From: Chloroflexota bacterium
GTDB taxonomy: Bacteria > Chloroflexota > Dehalococcoidia > UBA2979
Direction: 5' to 3'
NCBI GenBank assembly: GCA_947470025.1
Contig: CANIRU010000003.1
Location: forward strand, 1-61,446
Length of the DNA: 61,446 nucleotides
Shown here: in pieces, positions 58,156-61,446 of the stretch
How the letters are laid out: every line of letters begins with the position of its first letter
Numbering within the stretch: the first letter of the stretch is position 1
The notes under the pieces: model-generated
Told to the model about the DNA's origin: nothing
Database searches by the model: none
The model's input: only the letters and a program-made list of their open reading frames with translations
Made by a program: the position numbers and the translations under genes

Positions 58156-59181
58156 CTAACTTGAGGGCTGCTCTGCGCGGGGCGAGCCCGATGTGCCGTC
58201 CGGCCCGATCGCCGAGGTGAGCGCGGCCATCATTCCCTGATCGACCGCGTGCTGCGCGGAGCGCACCGCGCTCGCCACCGCCGCCTCGTCGCTGCGGCCG
58301 TGGCCCACGAACACCGCACCATTCACGCCCAGCAGCGGCACGGCGCCGTACCGGCGGTAGTCCAGGCGCGCGCGCACGACGCGGAGCGACGGCAGCAGCA
58401 GCGCCCCACCGATCTTCGAGCGCCACGAGGAACGCGCCGCCGTGCGCATCTGGTCGAACAAGAGCTGCACGAGGCCCTCGGCGAGCTTGAGGACGACGTT
58501 GCCGGTGAAGCCGTCGGTGACGATCACCTCGGCGTGGCCGGAGAGGATGTCGCGCGACTCGACGTTGCCGACGAAGCGCAGCGCCTTGTCCTCCGCGAGC
58601 GTCTGGTGCGCCTCGACGACGAGCATCGAGCCCTTCGTCGGCTCCTCGCCGATCGAGAGGATCGCCACGCGCGGCTCCGCGATGCCGTGCACCGCGCGCA
58701 TGTACGCCGCGCCGAGGTGCGCGAACTGCACGAGGTGTGACGGGCGCGCATCGGCGTTCGCGCCGACATCGAGCAGCATCACCGGGCCGTTCTCACCGGG
58801 GAGCACCGCACTGAGCGCGGGACGCTCGACGCCGTGCAGCCGTCCGAGGACGACCAGGCCGCTCGCCATCGCCGCGCCGGTGTTGCCGATCGTGACGAAG
58901 GCGTCCGCCTCGCCGCGCTTCACCATCTCCGTGCCGACGTACATCGATGTCTGTCGCGCGTGACGGATCGTCTGCGCCGCGTGGTCGCCCATCTCGACGA
59001 CATCGGGGGCGTGGCGGATGTGCAGGTTGGAGGGGTTCGCGCCGCGGCGCATCAGCTCCGCGCGCATCGTCGCCTCGTCGCCGACCAGCGTGACCTCGAT
59101 GCCCTCACCGGCAGCGATCAGCGCGCCGCCCACGGTCTCGCGGGGGCCGAGGTCACCACCCATCGCGTCGAGGGCGATCAT
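58156..59181 (-). CDS. plsX: Phosphate acyltransferase PlsX
   Basis: IALDAMGGD, GNTGA, RPAL, DVGAN, IGEEPTKG, DGFTGNVVLK and LLGVNG...HG motifs. Confidence 0.95.
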   Translation of the reverse strand: MIALDAMGGDLGPRETVGGALIAAGEGIEVTLVGDEATMRAELMRRGANPSNLHIRHAPDVVEMGDHAAQTIRHARQTSMYVGTEMVKRGEADAFVTIGNTGAAMASGLVVLGRLHGVERPALSAVLPGENGPVMLLDVGANADARPSHLVQFAHLGAAYMRAVHGIAEPRVAILSIGEEPTKGSMLVVEAHQTLAEDKALRFVGNVESRDILSGHAEVIVTDGFTGNVVLKLAEGLVQLLFDQMRTAARSSWRSKIGGALLLPSLRVVRARLDYRRYGAVPLLGVNGAVFVGHGRSDEAAVASAVRSAQHAVDQGMMAALTSAIGPDGTSGSPRAEQPSS

Positions 59182-60002
59182 GCTTCCTCGGCGTCCGATG
59201 AATCATCGGCGTCGGCGAGCGTCGAGTACGGCGGCAGCGGCTCGTCGTCGTGCTGGAGCAGCACGATCATCCGCTCGGAGCCGGTGTCGAACGGGGTGAA
59301 CTCGTAGTCACCAAACGCCGCGACGGTGCGCAGCCCCGCGAGGCGGCCGGCCAGCGTGACCTCCGGCAGCGTGATCGTGCGGAACGTGAACATGGTGGTG
59401 ATGCGGCGCAAAGCGCCGGTCCTCGACGCCACGTCGAAGTGCCACGTGATGTCCTTCATCGATTCCGCGGGGCGCGCCTCGACGGACACGAGCTTCGACA
59501 CCTGGCCGCCGTCGATCCAGGGCTTCGTCCAGTGCTCGACGATCGGCTGCGGCGTGGGGTCGAAGTCGTCGCGGTGCGGCGCCTCGATGTCCACGACGGC
59601 GACGCCGCCCGGCGCGAGGTGGCGCGCCATGACGGCGATCGCGTCCACGAACGCATCCACGCTCGCGAGGTGCTGCACGCCGCCGAGCGGCACCGTGACC
59701 AGCGCGTACGTCTGCTTCAGGTCGAGGTCGGTCATGTCGCCGCGCTTGAGCGTGAGCCCCTTGCGCGCGCCCATCCGCTGCTTCGCGACCGCGAGCATGG
59801 CATCGTTGATGTCGACGCCCGTCACCTTCAGCCCCGACTGCGCGAGCGGCACAGCCACCCGCCCCGTCCCGCACCCGAGCTCGAGGATCGTGTCCCCGTG
59901 GTACTCGGCGAGGCTCTGGTAGAAGGACACGTCGTCGTAGTAGTCCTCGAAATCGAGGTCATAGAACGGCGCGATCGCGGTGAACGGGTCGTTGGCTGCC
60001 AT
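59178..60002 (-). CDS. Class I SAM-dependent methyltransferase
   Basis: ILELGCGTGRV, GVDINDAML and GDM motifs; the TGA overlaps the plsX ATG; start may be 60002 or 60011. Confidence 0.88.
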   Translation of the reverse strand: MAANDPFTAIAPFYDLDFEDYYDDVSFYQSLAEYHGDTILELGCGTGRVAVPLAQSGLKVTGVDINDAMLAVAKQRMGARKGLTLKRGDMTDLDLKQTYALVTVPLGGVQHLASVDAFVDAIAVMARHLAPGGVAVVDIEAPHRDDFDPTPQPIVEHWTKPWIDGGQVSKLVSVEARPAESMKDITWHFDVASRTGALRRITTMFTFRTITLPEVTLAGRLAGLRTVAAFGDYEFTPFDTGSERMIVLLQHDDEPLPPYSTLADADDSSDAEEA

Positions 60003-60107
60003 GGCCGCCATGCTAGCCGACCCGCCGACGGGCGGCGAGGCGGACGAGCCGTCGGCGAGCGGATGGGGGCGTGGGTCTCATGTTTGAGAGTGGCGTCGAT
60101 CTGGCAG

Positions 60108-60308
60108 CGCGGGAGGGGTTCAGAAGGAAGAGAACCAACTGTGAGGAGCCGCGCCCCTCATGCTCTCGGCGGAATCGTGCGTTTCTAGAATGCGATATCC
60201 GAGCGTGGGCGAAGCCGCACGATCCGGACCGAGAGCCCGACGGGCACAGCCCCTCGGATCTCATCCCCCTTCCCGCGCAGGGAAGGGGGCAGGGGGATGG
60301 GCCGCCCC
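60108..60308 (-). repeat. Composite REP element, copy C (reverse orientation, one end truncated)
   Basis: The reverse complement of 60261-60308 matches the copy B left unit at all but one base; 60108-60175 is a diverged core. Confidence 0.88.
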
Positions 60309-60372
60309 ACGCTGGCACCTCGAGCGCCCTTGCCACGTCGACGCTTCGCCCGCTCCGCCTCGGCAGCGGCGC

Positions 60373-60900
60373 CTAGACGATGGAGTCGCCCTTGGTGCGG
60401 TTGCAGGGGCCGCAGAGGATCTGGATGTTCTCGACCGCGTTGCTGCCGCCTCGAGCAAACGGGATGACGTGGTCGAACTGGAGCTCGGCGTCTGAGCCGC
60501 AGCGCACGCAACGCCCGTAGTCGCGACGCCAGACGGCGATGCGCACCTCGTCCGGCAGCCGCTCGCGACGGCCGCGCTCCACGTCCTCCTCGGCAGCGCG
60601 GATCTTGCGCAGCCGGTCGAGGCGCGCGTCCTGTCGCCGCTCCCGGTCCCACGCGAGCAGCGACACCGCCTCCGCGTCGAGGTCCTCGTCGGCCCAGAAG
60701 TAGGCGCCCTCCACGGCCCAGAGGTGACGCGAACCGTCCTCACCCACCTCGACCGGCTCGGCCGCGCGCTGCACGTGCTCCCACCTCTCGCGATTGAGCA
60801 CGAGATGGTCGCTCCGGCCGAACCAGAGCCGCACCTCCTTGAGCGCGCCAAAGAACCCCCGGCGTTCCTCGATGCGGATGTTGGCGCGCTGCAGGCTCAT
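60373..60900 (-). CDS. HNH endonuclease
   Basis: C-terminal CVRC...FDHVIPFARGGSN..ENIQILCGPCNRTKG; start at 60900 inferred from a -10 box 7 nt upstream. Confidence 0.85.
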   Translation of the reverse strand: MSLQRANIRIEERRGFFGALKEVRLWFGRSDHLVLNRERWEHVQRAAEPVEVGEDGSRHLWAVEGAYFWADEDLDAEAVSLLAWDRERRQDARLDRLRKIRAAEEDVERGRRERLPDEVRIAVWRRDYGRCVRCGSDAELQFDHVIPFARGGSNAVENIQILCGPCNRTKGDSIV

Positions 60901-60957
60901 GCGCGTCAGGATAGGACATACGTTCGCCATCGTCAGCCGGGCGGCTCGCTCGGACGC

Positions 60958-60983
60958 AGAAGGGGCGCCAAAGCGCCCCTTCT
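60958..60983 (-). terminator. Terminator after the cupin gene
   Basis: agaaggggcgc-caaa-gcgccccttct. Confidence 0.6.
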
Positions 60984-61008
60984 CGTTCAACCTCGGACCG
61001 TGCGTGGG

Positions 61009-61404
61009 CTACTTCTTCTTGCCGTAGTCGGCGTCGGCGACCTCCTCGAGCCACTCGGTGTCTCCGATGGAGATCGCCTCGTGCATCAGGAAGGAGTCGC
61101 TCAGAGCGCCGTGGTAATGGTCCACGCCGGGAGCCGTGTGGATCACGTCGCCCGCCTGGATCTCGATCACCGTGCCGTCACGAAGTCCGATGACCCCGCG
61201 GCCGGCGACCACGACGAGGATCTGGCCGCCCTCGTGGCGGTGCCAGTAGGTGCGGGAGTTCGGGCCGAACTGGACGGTGTTTACGCCGACGTTCTCGGCC
61301 TCGGTGATGCGTGGCTCACCCCACGCGTCGCCCGTGAACGTGCCGGACCGCTTCACCCACACCCGCTTCGGGTCGTGGATGCCGGAAACCTGAAGATCTG
61401 CCAT
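61009..61404 (-). CDS. Cupin domain protein
   Basis: FGPNSRTYWHRHEGGQIL, GDVIHTAPGVDHYHGA and WLEEV motifs; RBS AAGGAG. Confidence 0.9.
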   Translation of the reverse strand: MADLQVSGIHDPKRVWVKRSGTFTGDAWGEPRITEAENVGVNTVQFGPNSRTYWHRHEGGQILVVVAGRGVIGLRDGTVIEIQAGDVIHTAPGVDHYHGALSDSFLMHEAISIGDTEWLEEVADADYGKKK

Positions 61405-61446
61405 GTCTGTTCTCCTTGTGACTGCCTGTGTCGTATACCCGCGGCC

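Overview
High-GC (~70%) bacterial chromosomal window with about 58 supportable CDSs and no rRNA, tRNA, CRISPR array or intact transposase. The gene content suggests Chloroflexota, probably Dehalococcoidia (inference): four LLM/F420-type oxidoreductases, class III CoA-transferases, four acyl-CoA dehydrogenases, enoyl-CoA hydratases, a thiolase, SnoaL-like proteins and a Tat-lipoprotein ABC solute-binding protein. Also present are pstCAB-phoU, a PhoX-like exported enzyme, a DEAD-box helicase, plsX and several modular secreted proteins. The best finding is a ferredoxin-thioredoxin reductase catalytic subunit whose third motif reads C-H-TGA instead of C-H-C. The frame stays open for 76 more codons and a SECIS-like hairpin follows the TGA, so it is very likely a selenoprotein. 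It lies beside trxA and a CsoR-family repressor whose palindromic operator sits inside overlapping divergent promoters. Other highlights are a dispersed REPIN/BIME-like family of inverted BoxC-like repeats and an unnamed ~83-aa module shuffled among secreted proteins. Starts were refined by eye, and functional calls come from motif recognition without database searches.
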